64,000 nt of DNA from a virus. Taxonomy: Duplodnaviria > Heunggongvirae > Uroviricota > Caudoviricetes > Herelleviridae. The translations under genes were made by a program, and so were the position numbers. How positions within the stretch are numbered: position 1 is the stretch's first letter; each line of letters begins with the position of its first letter. Location of the stretch: IMG/VR virus record IMGVR_UViG_2974580128_000001. The stretch is one strand, 5' to 3'. This document shows positions 38,501-46,682 of this stretch, piece after piece. The notes beneath the pieces were generated by a model. It was not told where the DNA came from, made no database searches, and saw only the letters and a program-made list of their open reading frames with translations.

Positions 38501-39237
38501 GTAATATTGCTATCAAAGCAACTAATACAAGTGGGCAAGTTTATTATAGTGTTATTTATATGAATAATATACCGAAGATGGATGAATGGGTTGATTTAAC
38601 AAGTACTTTTACTACAAACACCTATACAGATAATCTTACCGACTGGAAGTTTAGGGTGTATGTCCATCCAGATGTTTCCGCTTCTATGAGAATTAGAAAT
38701 AGCATTAAGATTGAAAAAGGTTCGACGGCTACAGCATATCAACCTAACTTACTTGATGACCCTTACTGGTTGGGTAAAGTTCCTTTAGGTGAGAATATTG
38801 CTAATAAAGATATTCAGTTCCCAATCAAAACCAGTGAATATCTCGCATATATTGCTAGAATGATAGAACCTTTTATTGTAGGAGAAACTTATACAATCAC
38901 CATAAAAGCAACAAAACCCGCTAGTCAAACATTTATGGTTTATAACAGTGGGGAAGGAACTACTTACTATGGAAACCTAAAACCAGTTGAGGGATTGACA
39001 AACGTATGGTCTCTAACATTTACACCAAATAATGTTTCGTCAAGTAATCCTAGCGATTTACGTATTTTTCAATATCCATCATCAACTAAAGGCGATGTTC
39101 AAATTGACTGGTTAAAAATCGAAAAAGGTGACACTAGAACTCCTAACATTGATTCCTATGCTTATCGTGGTACAGTTTTAACTACATCCGAAGAATCACC
39201 AAAAGACCCTAATGCGTATACATGGTCTAGTATCTAA
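35560..39237 (+). CDS. Baseplate wedge / tail protein with duplicated CBM-like cassette and Ig-like (Big_2) domain
   Basis: YLDTWGDWFGVYR, KAFKPAGV N-terminus; VTATPVPANATNKSLEW..SD..IATVD Big_2; two HTLYSNSxDFGDYDYSGNPN cassettes. Confidence 0.85.
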   Translation: MSNFFRNIHPLLRRSKRSEKYDDTNFAVLNALNYELTQAEQETIASKIQSSLESATDTYLDTWGDWFGVYRKDGWDDEYYRARIIRELLLKRGTIPAIIDALLDFLNDNDAVIQIYEPWRNIFYTNKSKLNGDDHLMGYYYRFAIIDISIDRPFPPEIVEIIKAFKPAGVLFYLRLDTSLNKNKTTVESPYVYLDVTNKTELEFLNGLYYDLRGNINLSDQRTQVVENNIFHTNNSMLNGEDVLAGAFDHGRGYIHLASTTLLDYTPKPTDSMSDLKTALGESGADMYNQTKEKDGRTASIQVPATRNVHTLYSNSIDFGDYDYSGNPNVAVTDADTFKLGTGGTLTYNNGEYTVLMDGTARLSKYNTDGKNSVYLEDKVTYTISCEMYVGSDYTGNVDQIFANYAYLDGGYTVLRTTRLPADAPRDTWITVKGTSTMNYQGRVPKVLYFSWQTIASDVNPTGTLKMRNMKIERGEINTPYQPNLLVEPFQLSNVPLNDNLGDPNVSFPINTQNSYLVYDGTIKENWQANTVYTLTLKGKKLNTQSWKPYIDTKNTSTLSKPLLTPVEGLPNVWRSTFMVSQNDIDTGRVQKQLSIYQAPSATRGTASIEWVKLEKGAIATPPIEQYAYTGTLVSGTSSKNPKDYTWGSLSPVLGKKAYMVFDIKTFIEENYAIEFEKLITDLGEDQALNTVFENFNISTALKALVSPSSPINFSVELYDFSTSAWHKLNTDSLDLRMRTFNLVANRITDYLNDYKLLFVRYVFDNETDKDVTVELDMLNVLFNYRLGDGYSLGLQSTVECLSEIPLTGITLSSDSVEVAIGETAKVTATPVPANATNKSLEWEIADPKIATVDTSGNITGVAIGETTLTVYGEDKTISATCSVSVKARHTLYSNSTDFGDYDYSGNPNLLSNVTNDSWTAEGAMKVTAVDDYLELVKDTAGRFGTAKIYNIPALRSDSQYTTSLEFYLKSGTSVEDLKKCNIAIKATNTSGQVYYSVIYMNNIPKMDEWVDLTSTFTTNTYTDNLTDWKFRVYVHPDVSASMRIRNSIKIEKGSTATAYQPNLLDDPYWLGKVPLGENIANKDIQFPIKTSEYLAYIARMIEPFIVGETYTITIKATKPASQTFMVYNSGEGTTYYGNLKPVEGLTNVWSLTFTPNNVSSSNPSDLRIFQYPSSTKGDVQIDWLKIEKGDTRTPNIDSYAYRGTVLTTSEESPKDPNAYTWSSI

Positions 39238-39257
39238 ATAGGAATAGCAGAATAATA

Positions 39258-39316
39258 TGCTATAATATAAATAGGGCACGATGCTGTGCCCTATTTTTTA
39301 ATTGAATGCTATATTA
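39258..39316 (+). promoter_or_regulatory. Promoter TGCTATAATA, terminator, promoter TGCTATATTA
   Basis: Motifs 39258-67 and 39307-16 flank AAATAGGGCAC-GATGCT-GTGCCCTATTT-TTT (39269-39299). Confidence 0.7.
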
Positions 39317-39350
39317 TCTAATGAAACCATAGAAGAAAAGAGGTTATAAA

Positions 39351-39896
39351 GTGGCTATTGCAACTAATAATTCCCGAGTGTATGCTTCATTACAACTTAA
39401 AAATAAAAAAGATAGCATGTACTTAGTTATCGGTAAAACCTCACCTTGGACAAATGAAGATGCCCCACCTGCTACAGACCCTAATACTTCAACATTACAA
39501 GAAGTTGTTGGTTACAAAAAAGTAAGTAAAGCATCTCTATGTCGTGAATACGTTGCAGATGACGAGAACAAGTACCCAGTGATTAGCTACGGTACTCGTA
39601 AATTTACTTTAATACCAGATGAGGATGCTTATAAAGAAAAAGCATGGATGGTATATATCGAATCTGAAATCGTAGGTGACGAATTACCTTTAGGTACATT
39701 TAGACAAGTAGGACTTCACACTGACCTAGTACCAAAAACAGGTGTAGATAAAGATGCGTTACTACCTACAGAAGTAACAAATGCAGGTATTTTACAATTC
39801 TTTGAAAACAGACAACAACAAAACAGAACTGCCGATGTAACAATCCGAGAAAAATTTATCGTTACAATGGAAAACGGCAAAACATTAAAAGCGTAA
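39351..39896 (+). CDS. Baseplate structural protein
   Basis: MAIATNNSRVY..IGKTSPW..E family signature. Confidence 0.85.
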   Translation: MAIATNNSRVYASLQLKNKKDSMYLVIGKTSPWTNEDAPPATDPNTSTLQEVVGYKKVSKASLCREYVADDENKYPVISYGTRKFTLIPDEDAYKEKAWMVYIESEIVGDELPLGTFRQVGLHTDLVPKTGVDKDALLPTEVTNAGILQFFENRQQQNRTADVTIREKFIVTMENGKTLKA

Positions 39897-39912
39897 GAGA
39901 GGATGACAAGCA

Positions 39913-42900
39913 TTGGCAAAAGAAATTACAAATGATGATTTAAAGAAAGCGCCCTACCTTGACCGCTTTGACCCTAACAAGAATAGAACACGAGTGCTAT
40001 TCAAACCGGATAAACCTCTTCAACAAGCAGAACTTAATGAACTACAAGCAATGCAAGATTATGCGTTATCCAATGTAGCAGAGTCCGTGTTCAGTGATGG
40101 GGACATCCAAACAGGTATGGAGTATATTCTTCAAGGAACTACGCTTACTGTTAAAAAAGGTAAAGTATTCCTTGGTGGTAAAATGCGTAACTTTAACGAG
40201 CAAAGTATTGAGATTACCGGTACAGGTACTGAGTATATTGGTGTTAAACTTGTTCAAAAGGTAATTACCGCAGAAGATGACCCAACCTTGTTAGACCAAA
40301 CAAGTGGCGTTCCTAGCCATTTCTCAGAAGGTGCAGACCGTCTAGAGGAAACAGTTGTACTAGGAGTAAACGATGATGAAGCTTCAAACATTTATCGTTT
40401 TGAGAACGGTCAATTATATATTAACCCAGATACACCAGAAATGGACAAAATCAATAAAGTATTAGCAGAACGTACTTATGATGAATCCGGTTCTTATCGT
40501 GTACGTGGATTTGATATGTATACAGAAGTACACCCAACAGACCCTAATAACAAAATCCAATTAGTTATTGACTCTGGACGTGCATATGTACTAGGTTTTA
40601 AAGTAGACAAACCTACAACTACTCGTATTGATATTGATAAATCTCGTGATTTAGAAACAATCAATAACGAAGGTTTCTACTACAGTAACGAAACTCGTTT
40701 AAACAAACTAGGTAACGCACCTGTATCTAGCGTAGACCGTGTAACAGCCCAAGTGGAAGTTGCAAAAGAACAAGTGTCTCGTGGAGTTGTTGGTGGAGGT
40801 ACTGATTACCTTAAAAATACTTCGGTAACAAAAGTTGTTCGTGTATGGACGGAAGGTTCCGGAGCGCACGAATATAGACAGGGAGAAGATTTCCAATTAG
40901 TTAATGGTCAAGCTATCTCATGGGCACCTACAGGGCAAGAACCACCTGCCGGAGGTACCTACTTTGTACAATACGTTTACAACAAAACAATGATTGAAAA
41001 CACTGATTATAAAGTAACTGTTAAAGGTGAAGGAGATAACCGTGAATGGTATATTGACTTTAACGAAATGACAGGTTCTAAACCAGTAGACGAATCATTA
41101 GTTAACGTAGATTACAAATACTTCTTAGCTCGTAAAGACTTAATTGTGTTAGACCATAACGGAAACTTTACTGTTCATAAAGGACAGCCTAACGCAATGC
41201 GTTTAGTAGATTCTCCTAACCATATTGACCCATTGACACTGAATATTGGTACAGTGCTTGTTTACCCAGATTCAAGCACGGCAGAAGCTAAGCAATGGAC
41301 AATCACTCGGTTAACGATGGAAGAGCTACAAAAATTATCTGTACGTGTAGACAATATGGAATACAACCAAGCGGTATTCTATCTTGACCAACCTGCGATG
41401 GCAGGAGAAAACCCAATCTATTTACGTGGGGTATTCTCAGATGCGTTTATCTCTCTTGATAAATACGATACAAGTCATCCAGATGCTACAATTGCCTTTG
41501 ACTTTGATACAGCAGAAATCACACTGCCTTATGCAGAGATTAATAAAACTGTACCATCCATTATCGAAGGTTCTAGTGAAGCACATGTATGGGGACGGTT
41601 AGTAACTGCACCATTTACCGAAGAAGTCGGAATTAGACAACCATTTGCTACAGAAGCAATGAATGTTAACCCATACAATACGTTCAATAAGCAAGGTGTT
41701 CTAACACTAAATCCTAGTGCAGATAACTGGATTGAAGAAGAACGTATCACTATCACCAAAGAAGAAACATCTACAATGACTATTCGTCAATGGTGGAGAC
41801 ACGGTGGAGCTTCTTGGACAAATGATGAAATGAACCTTGTATCTAACGTAGACCTAGACAACGGTATGAATTGGAGCGACCTAAAAGACGACTACCGTAA
41901 GTCTGGATTGTCTGGTACTACACTGTCTAGTGGTGGACAACAAACAAAAGAGTCTATGATTGAGTTCATGAGACAAATTGACGTTGAAATCTACGCTGAG
42001 AACTTAGAGCCAAATGCAAACAACTTAGTTGTGTCATTTGATGGACTACGTGTCCCTGTAACACCATCTTCTGGTTACCGTAAAGGTTCACAAGAGGGTA
42101 CTGGTATGGCAAATGCTGATGGTACGTTCAAAGGTGTATTCAAGATTCCTGCGGGTGTACGCTGTGGTACTCGTGAAGTATCTATTCGAAATGATACGAA
42201 CTTAGCAAGTACAACGTTCACTGCACAAGGAACAATGAAAACTACTGAGGACATCATCATCCGTACTCACGTAACAATTAACCTAGTTGACCCGTTGGCA
42301 CAATCATTCAGCTTCAATACCAACCGTATTGCTACAAGCTTCGATGTGTTCTTCGCTTCTAAGGATAGCAGTACAAACATTATCTGTCAAGTACGTGGTA
42401 TCTCAGAAGGTGGTCAACCAAACAAAACGGTTTATGCAGAACGTGTATTAAAACCTTCTGAAATCAATGTATCTGACGATGCTAGTGTAGCAACTAAGAT
42501 TACATTTGATGACCCATTGATGTGTAAAGCAGGTCAAGAATACTGTTTAGTGTTCATTACTGACTCTGATAAATACACAATGTGGATTGCTACAATGGGA
42601 CAAAACAGAATTGATGACCCAACGCAAAGTGTGAACTCTAACCCTTACTTAGAAGGTGTGCTTTACAGTTCATCTAATGCGAGTGCATGGTCTATTCACC
42701 AAATGTCTGACTTGAAATTTACTGTTTACACAGCTAAATTTAACAAAGAAGCTGTCTTGGAGTTCGATGTAATGAGAAACATCAACGTAGACCGTGTGGT
42801 TCTTATGTCCACATATTTAACTCCTGCGAATACAGGATGTAAATGGGACATGAAGATTGTTCTTAACAATGAACCTTCCGGAACAACCGTCAACGACAAA

Positions 42901-43371
42901 CCTTGGGTTCCAATTGCGAACTATGTAGACTTAGATGTTAACCAGATTGCTCGTGAGGTTAAACTTCGTGCAACGTTTAAAGCAAACCAATATATTTCTC
43001 CAATGCTTGCATTAGACGATATTATGTTTGCCGGTTTCTTAACTGCCTTGAAGGGTAGCTACGTATCTCGTACAATTGATTTATCCGAGGCTCCATACAA
43101 CACTGTTAAGATGTCTTACGAACAGTTTACTCCTGCCGGAACCACTGTTGTTGCAAAATACAGTACTGACGAAGGTAAAACATGGAAGACATTCACTACT
43201 CAGCCTACAACAACACAACGTACGCAAGATTTCGTTCGTGTAGACTACGTTGAGAAGATTAATACGGGTGGAACATTTAAATCCATTAAGTTCCGTCTTG
43301 ACATGACTACCCAGAACTCATTCCTCCGCCCGAGGGTGAGACGCTTAATGACGAATATGACCGACAAATAG
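39913..43371 (+). CDS. Adsorption-associated tail protein (TmpG-like, 1152 aa)
   Basis: PYLDRFDP..VLFKPDKPLQQAELNE; RTYDESGSY; DPLAQSF; length as in Twort-like homologues. Confidence 0.9.
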   Translation: MAKEITNDDLKKAPYLDRFDPNKNRTRVLFKPDKPLQQAELNELQAMQDYALSNVAESVFSDGDIQTGMEYILQGTTLTVKKGKVFLGGKMRNFNEQSIEITGTGTEYIGVKLVQKVITAEDDPTLLDQTSGVPSHFSEGADRLEETVVLGVNDDEASNIYRFENGQLYINPDTPEMDKINKVLAERTYDESGSYRVRGFDMYTEVHPTDPNNKIQLVIDSGRAYVLGFKVDKPTTTRIDIDKSRDLETINNEGFYYSNETRLNKLGNAPVSSVDRVTAQVEVAKEQVSRGVVGGGTDYLKNTSVTKVVRVWTEGSGAHEYRQGEDFQLVNGQAISWAPTGQEPPAGGTYFVQYVYNKTMIENTDYKVTVKGEGDNREWYIDFNEMTGSKPVDESLVNVDYKYFLARKDLIVLDHNGNFTVHKGQPNAMRLVDSPNHIDPLTLNIGTVLVYPDSSTAEAKQWTITRLTMEELQKLSVRVDNMEYNQAVFYLDQPAMAGENPIYLRGVFSDAFISLDKYDTSHPDATIAFDFDTAEITLPYAEINKTVPSIIEGSSEAHVWGRLVTAPFTEEVGIRQPFATEAMNVNPYNTFNKQGVLTLNPSADNWIEEERITITKEETSTMTIRQWWRHGGASWTNDEMNLVSNVDLDNGMNWSDLKDDYRKSGLSGTTLSSGGQQTKESMIEFMRQIDVEIYAENLEPNANNLVVSFDGLRVPVTPSSGYRKGSQEGTGMANADGTFKGVFKIPAGVRCGTREVSIRNDTNLASTTFTAQGTMKTTEDIIIRTHVTINLVDPLAQSFSFNTNRIATSFDVFFASKDSSTNIICQVRGISEGGQPNKTVYAERVLKPSEINVSDDASVATKITFDDPLMCKAGQEYCLVFITDSDKYTMWIATMGQNRIDDPTQSVNSNPYLEGVLYSSSNASAWSIHQMSDLKFTVYTAKFNKEAVLEFDVMRNINVDRVVLMSTYLTPANTGCKWDMKIVLNNEPSGTTVNDKPWVPIANYVDLDVNQIAREVKLRATFKANQYISPMLALDDIMFAGFLTALKGSYVSRTIDLSEAPYNTVKMSYEQFTPAGTTVVAKYSTDEGKTWKTFTTQPTTTQRTQDFVRVDYVEKINTGGTFKSIKFRLDMTTQNSFLRPRVRRLMTNMTDK

Positions 43372-43375
43372 AAGA

Positions 43376-43392
43376 TGTAACTGTAATGTAAC
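43376..43392 (+). promoter_or_regulatory. WalR/VicR-type direct-repeat box
   Basis: TGTAAC-TGTAA-TGTAAC, ending 22 nt before TATACT (43415-20). Confidence 0.55.
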
Positions 43393-43400
43393 ATTTCTAT

Positions 43401-43445
43401 GCCTCTTACTGTGGTATACTTATTGTATACGAAATAGTAGGAGGT
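43401..43445 (+). promoter_or_regulatory. RBS-sequestering hairpin containing an extended -10 (TGGTATACT)
   Basis: GCCTCTTACTG pairs with TAGTAGGAGGT; inner GTATAC-TTATT-GTATAC. Confidence 0.75.
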
Positions 43446-43451
43446 TTTTTA

Positions 43452-44414
43452 ATGGTTAAAGCATTACAATTAGCAGGTACTACATTTGGTAAATGGTACG
43501 TAAAAGAACGAGATACTTCTAAAAAAGGTAGAGCATACTGGATTTGTGAATGCTCTTGTGGAAGAACAGTTCAATCTATTCCGAGCGGTACTCTTACTAC
43601 AGGCTCATCTGTGATGTGTAAACAATGTGCAAATGAGAAATCTTTAGTGGGTAAGACTTTTGGTAGGTTGACCGTCATTAAGGATTCAGGTGAACGAGCA
43701 ACTAATGGTAGTATCCTTTGGGAGTGTAAATGTTCCTGTGGGAAGACAAGCCTTGTCAGGGGTTCAGAGTTGACAGGGGGTCGCACAAAGAGTTGTGGTT
43801 GTTACTCCACGGATGTACTCAAAAAAGTAGCCACTAAGCATGGATTGTCTAAAGTGAACGGAAAACCCACAAAATTATTCCGGGCATGGGCTTCGATGAA
43901 ACAACGGTGTTACAACAAGAACCATGCGAGTTATAAAGATTACGGTGGAAGAGGTATAACCATATGTTCTGAATGGCGTGAAGACTTTGAAGCTTTTCAT
44001 AATTGGGCTATGACTAACGGATTTTCCGATGACTTGTCTATTGATAGAATTGACAATGACAAAGGCTATTCACCAGATAACTGTCGATGGGTAGATGCTA
44101 AAACCCAGATTCGAAATAGACGAAATACAGTTACTTATGAGTGGCAAGGAAAAGAGTATACTCGAGCTGAGTTAAGTAGGTTGACAGGTATAAATGAGCA
44201 AACCATTGCTTCAAGATTGAACAAAGGTTTTTCCCTTGAAGAAGCCCTTTCTTCAAAAATAGGCACTTCTGTATTACTTATGACCTATAAAGGGGAGACT
44301 AAACCTGTCAAACAATGGTGTAAAGAACTAGGATTGAACTATGCAACTGTACGTAACAGACATTATAAGGGTTGGACTGATGAAGAAGCTTTGACTGGTA
44401 TACGTAATAAATAG
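43452..44414 (+). CDS. HNH-family homing endonuclease
   Basis: Two G..FG.L.V...W.C.CSCG repeats; SMKQRCYN..YGGRGI; DRIDNDKGYSPDNCRW; C-terminal HTH-like repeats. Confidence 0.9.
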   Translation: MVKALQLAGTTFGKWYVKERDTSKKGRAYWICECSCGRTVQSIPSGTLTTGSSVMCKQCANEKSLVGKTFGRLTVIKDSGERATNGSILWECKCSCGKTSLVRGSELTGGRTKSCGCYSTDVLKKVATKHGLSKVNGKPTKLFRAWASMKQRCYNKNHASYKDYGGRGITICSEWREDFEAFHNWAMTNGFSDDLSIDRIDNDKGYSPDNCRWVDAKTQIRNRRNTVTYEWQGKEYTRAELSRLTGINEQTIASRLNKGFSLEEALSSKIGTSVLLMTYKGETKPVKQWCKELGLNYATVRNRHYKGWTDEEALTGIRNK

Positions 44415-44426
44415 TCAACCAAGTTG

Positions 44427-44470
44427 AATAGCCTCTATATGCTATACTAGGCATATAGGGGTTATTTTTT
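44427..44470 (+). terminator. 16-bp stem terminator whose loop is a -10 element
   Basis: AATAGCCTCTATATGC-TATACTAG-GCATATAGGGGTTATT-TTTT. Confidence 0.8.
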
Positions 44471-44491
44471 ATGTAAAGGAGACTTATTGAT

Positions 44492-44698
44492 ATGCCAGAA
44501 TCATTTAGACAAAAATCATCAGGAGCTTTAATTTTTAGACCTACAGTTTCTGAGAAAATCCATTCTAACCAGATGAAAGCTCTTGCTAAAGATAAAGAGA
44601 AATTGAACAGAGACATACAAGAGGTTAATAATTTAAAACAAGAATTGACTAAGGAATTAGAAGAAATTAGAGAATTAAAAAACAAGTTAAAAGGATAA
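44492..44698 (+). CDS. Small coiled-coil protein normally adjacent to TmpG
   Basis: RBS AAAGGAG; R..SGALIF.PT..E pattern. Confidence 0.8.
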   Translation: MPESFRQKSSGALIFRPTVSEKIHSNQMKALAKDKEKLNRDIQEVNNLKQELTKELEEIRELKNKLKG

Positions 44699-44828
44699 AA
44701 TGTCCTATTTTAATTTTTTGACCTCCTTATATATTTAATATTATATATTTAACTATTTATCTAAGTTATAAGTATTTATATATTATATATTTATATATAA
44801 GGGAACCAAAAATGGAAAATAGGACATT
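44699..44828. other. Candidate replication origin: AT-rich core inside a long inverted repeat
   Basis: Arms 44699-44734 and 44793-44828; 4 G/C in 74 nt (44727-44800); TTATATATTT three times. Confidence 0.5.
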
Positions 44829-44855
44829 GACATACACTTACAGTACTGGTACAAT
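44827..44855 (+). promoter_or_regulatory. Sigma-A promoter TTGACA-N17-TACAAT (helicase operon)
   Basis: TTGACA 44827-32, TACAAT 44850-55. Confidence 0.85.
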
Positions 44856-44891
44856 AGTATTGTAAGGTGTGAGACATTATTAGGAGGACTT

Positions 44892-46667
44892 ATGAGACTA
44901 GTAATAGATGTAATGCACACTCAGATTAGATTTGATGAAAACGAAGGTAGTCTTCGTAGCACTATACATAGAGTAATGCACGAAGAACTTGGAGTAAAAG
45001 CAGATGGCTATCAATTTAGTCCTGCATATAAATCAGGTTACTGGGATGGTATTATTGATTTTTATAATAAAGACAACGATACATTTCCTACAGGTCTAGT
45101 ACCTAAAGTAGAGGAAATCCTAGGAAGACTACAAACTGCTATGGGTAGTAGAGGTTACATGTTTCAATTTGAGATTATTGATGACAGACCTGACAAATTC
45201 ATGGAAGTTGAAGAAATGGACTCAGAAATTAAATTGAATGGTGACAATGGAGAAATAATTACTCTACGTGACTATCAATATGATTCTGTAAAAAGTATTA
45301 TTGAGAAGCAAACAGGTATTATCAATGTTGCTACTAATGGTGGTAAAACAGAGATTGCTTCTGGTTTAATACAGCAAATCCTACCTGCTTTAGAATCGGG
45401 AGAAAGGATTGCATTCTTTACAAACAGCTCCTCTATCTTCACTCAATCTATCGACCGTATTGAAAAACGATTAGGCATTAAAGTAGGTGCCTTTGGAGCA
45501 GGTAAAAAGGATATTCAACAAGTTACATTTGTGATGATTCCAACAATTACCTCTGCTATTTCAGCAGACCCAGAAGCTAAACTTAAACTTACACCGAAAG
45601 AGCGTATGTACAAAAAGTTAGCTAAAGAGATTGCTCCTAAGTTCCTTACAGGATTTAATCAAAAAGGACTACTTGAAGGTTACATCCGTAACTTCCAAGT
45701 GAAAACAAAAGCTGATTTACAGTTGAAACATGAATTGGAAGAGGCTTACTACAGTTGTGGAACCAACAAACAGGTAGTGATGAAAATGCGTAGTTATCAA
45801 GCTGAGTATGAAAAGGTAGTCGAGAAAAAGAACGGGAAGGTCTTGAAGAAATACAACGAAGCAAAAGAGTTTTTAGAATCTGTTGCTGTTATGATTGTAG
45901 ATGAGGCACACCATACTAGTTCTGATACTTGGTACCAAGCACTAACTGCTTGTTCTAATGCTCAGTATCGTATGGCTTTAACAGGTTCTATTGACATGAA
46001 AAACCATGTGTTATGGCAAAGAATGCAAGCCATTTTTGGTTCCATTACTACCAAGGTATCAAATGACACCTTAATCAGTTTAGGTCACTCTGCAAAACCT
46101 AAAATTACCATTTTCCCAATTATTGCCCCTACAGACATCGAAAACTCCAATTACATGGATGCTTACAAGATGGGGATAGTGGACAATGTATACAGAAACT
46201 CTTTGATTGCTAAACTTACAAAGAAAATGTATGAGAGTGGCAGTGGTGTACTGGTAATTATTAATCGTATTGAACACGGGGAAACGATTAGTGAGTTATT
46301 AGATGCAGAAGGTGTACCACATTACTTCATTCACGGGGAGCTTGATAATGACTTACGTGATGAAAAGTTACAAGAAATGCGTGACGGACATTTGAAGGTG
46401 ATGATTTCCTCAACAATTATTGATGAGGGGGTTGACATCTCCGGTATTGATACCTTAATATTAGGTGCAGGTGGTAAGTCCTTACGTCAAACCTTGCAAC
46501 GGGTAGGTCGTGGCTTACGTAAGAAAAAGACAGGTGAAAACAAGGTATCTGTTTTTGATTTTTACGACTTGACAAATAAACACTTGAAGAAACATTCGGA
46601 AGAGAGAAGAAAAATCTATGAGAAAGAACAATTTGAGATTGTTGACATCCCTCTTCCAACGAAATAA
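44892..46667 (+). CDS. SF2 DNA helicase (UvsW-like)
   Basis: LRDYQ, ATNGGKT, VDEAHH, LTGS, EGVDI, QRVGRGLR. Confidence 0.95.
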   Translation: MRLVIDVMHTQIRFDENEGSLRSTIHRVMHEELGVKADGYQFSPAYKSGYWDGIIDFYNKDNDTFPTGLVPKVEEILGRLQTAMGSRGYMFQFEIIDDRPDKFMEVEEMDSEIKLNGDNGEIITLRDYQYDSVKSIIEKQTGIINVATNGGKTEIASGLIQQILPALESGERIAFFTNSSSIFTQSIDRIEKRLGIKVGAFGAGKKDIQQVTFVMIPTITSAISADPEAKLKLTPKERMYKKLAKEIAPKFLTGFNQKGLLEGYIRNFQVKTKADLQLKHELEEAYYSCGTNKQVVMKMRSYQAEYEKVVEKKNGKVLKKYNEAKEFLESVAVMIVDEAHHTSSDTWYQALTACSNAQYRMALTGSIDMKNHVLWQRMQAIFGSITTKVSNDTLISLGHSAKPKITIFPIIAPTDIENSNYMDAYKMGIVDNVYRNSLIAKLTKKMYESGSGVLVIINRIEHGETISELLDAEGVPHYFIHGELDNDLRDEKLQEMRDGHLKVMISSTIIDEGVDISGIDTLILGAGGKSLRQTLQRVGRGLRKKKTGENKVSVFDFYDLTNKHLKKHSEERRKIYEKEQFEIVDIPLPTK

Positions 46668-46682
46668 ACGAGGAGGTACAAG

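Larger units (their letters stand above)
43372..44470 (+). mobile_element. Free-standing homing endonuclease cassette with its own promoter, translational control hairpin and terminator
   Basis: HNH gene bracketed by regulatory elements, between TmpG-like gene and the small ORF that normally follows it. Confidence 0.65.
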
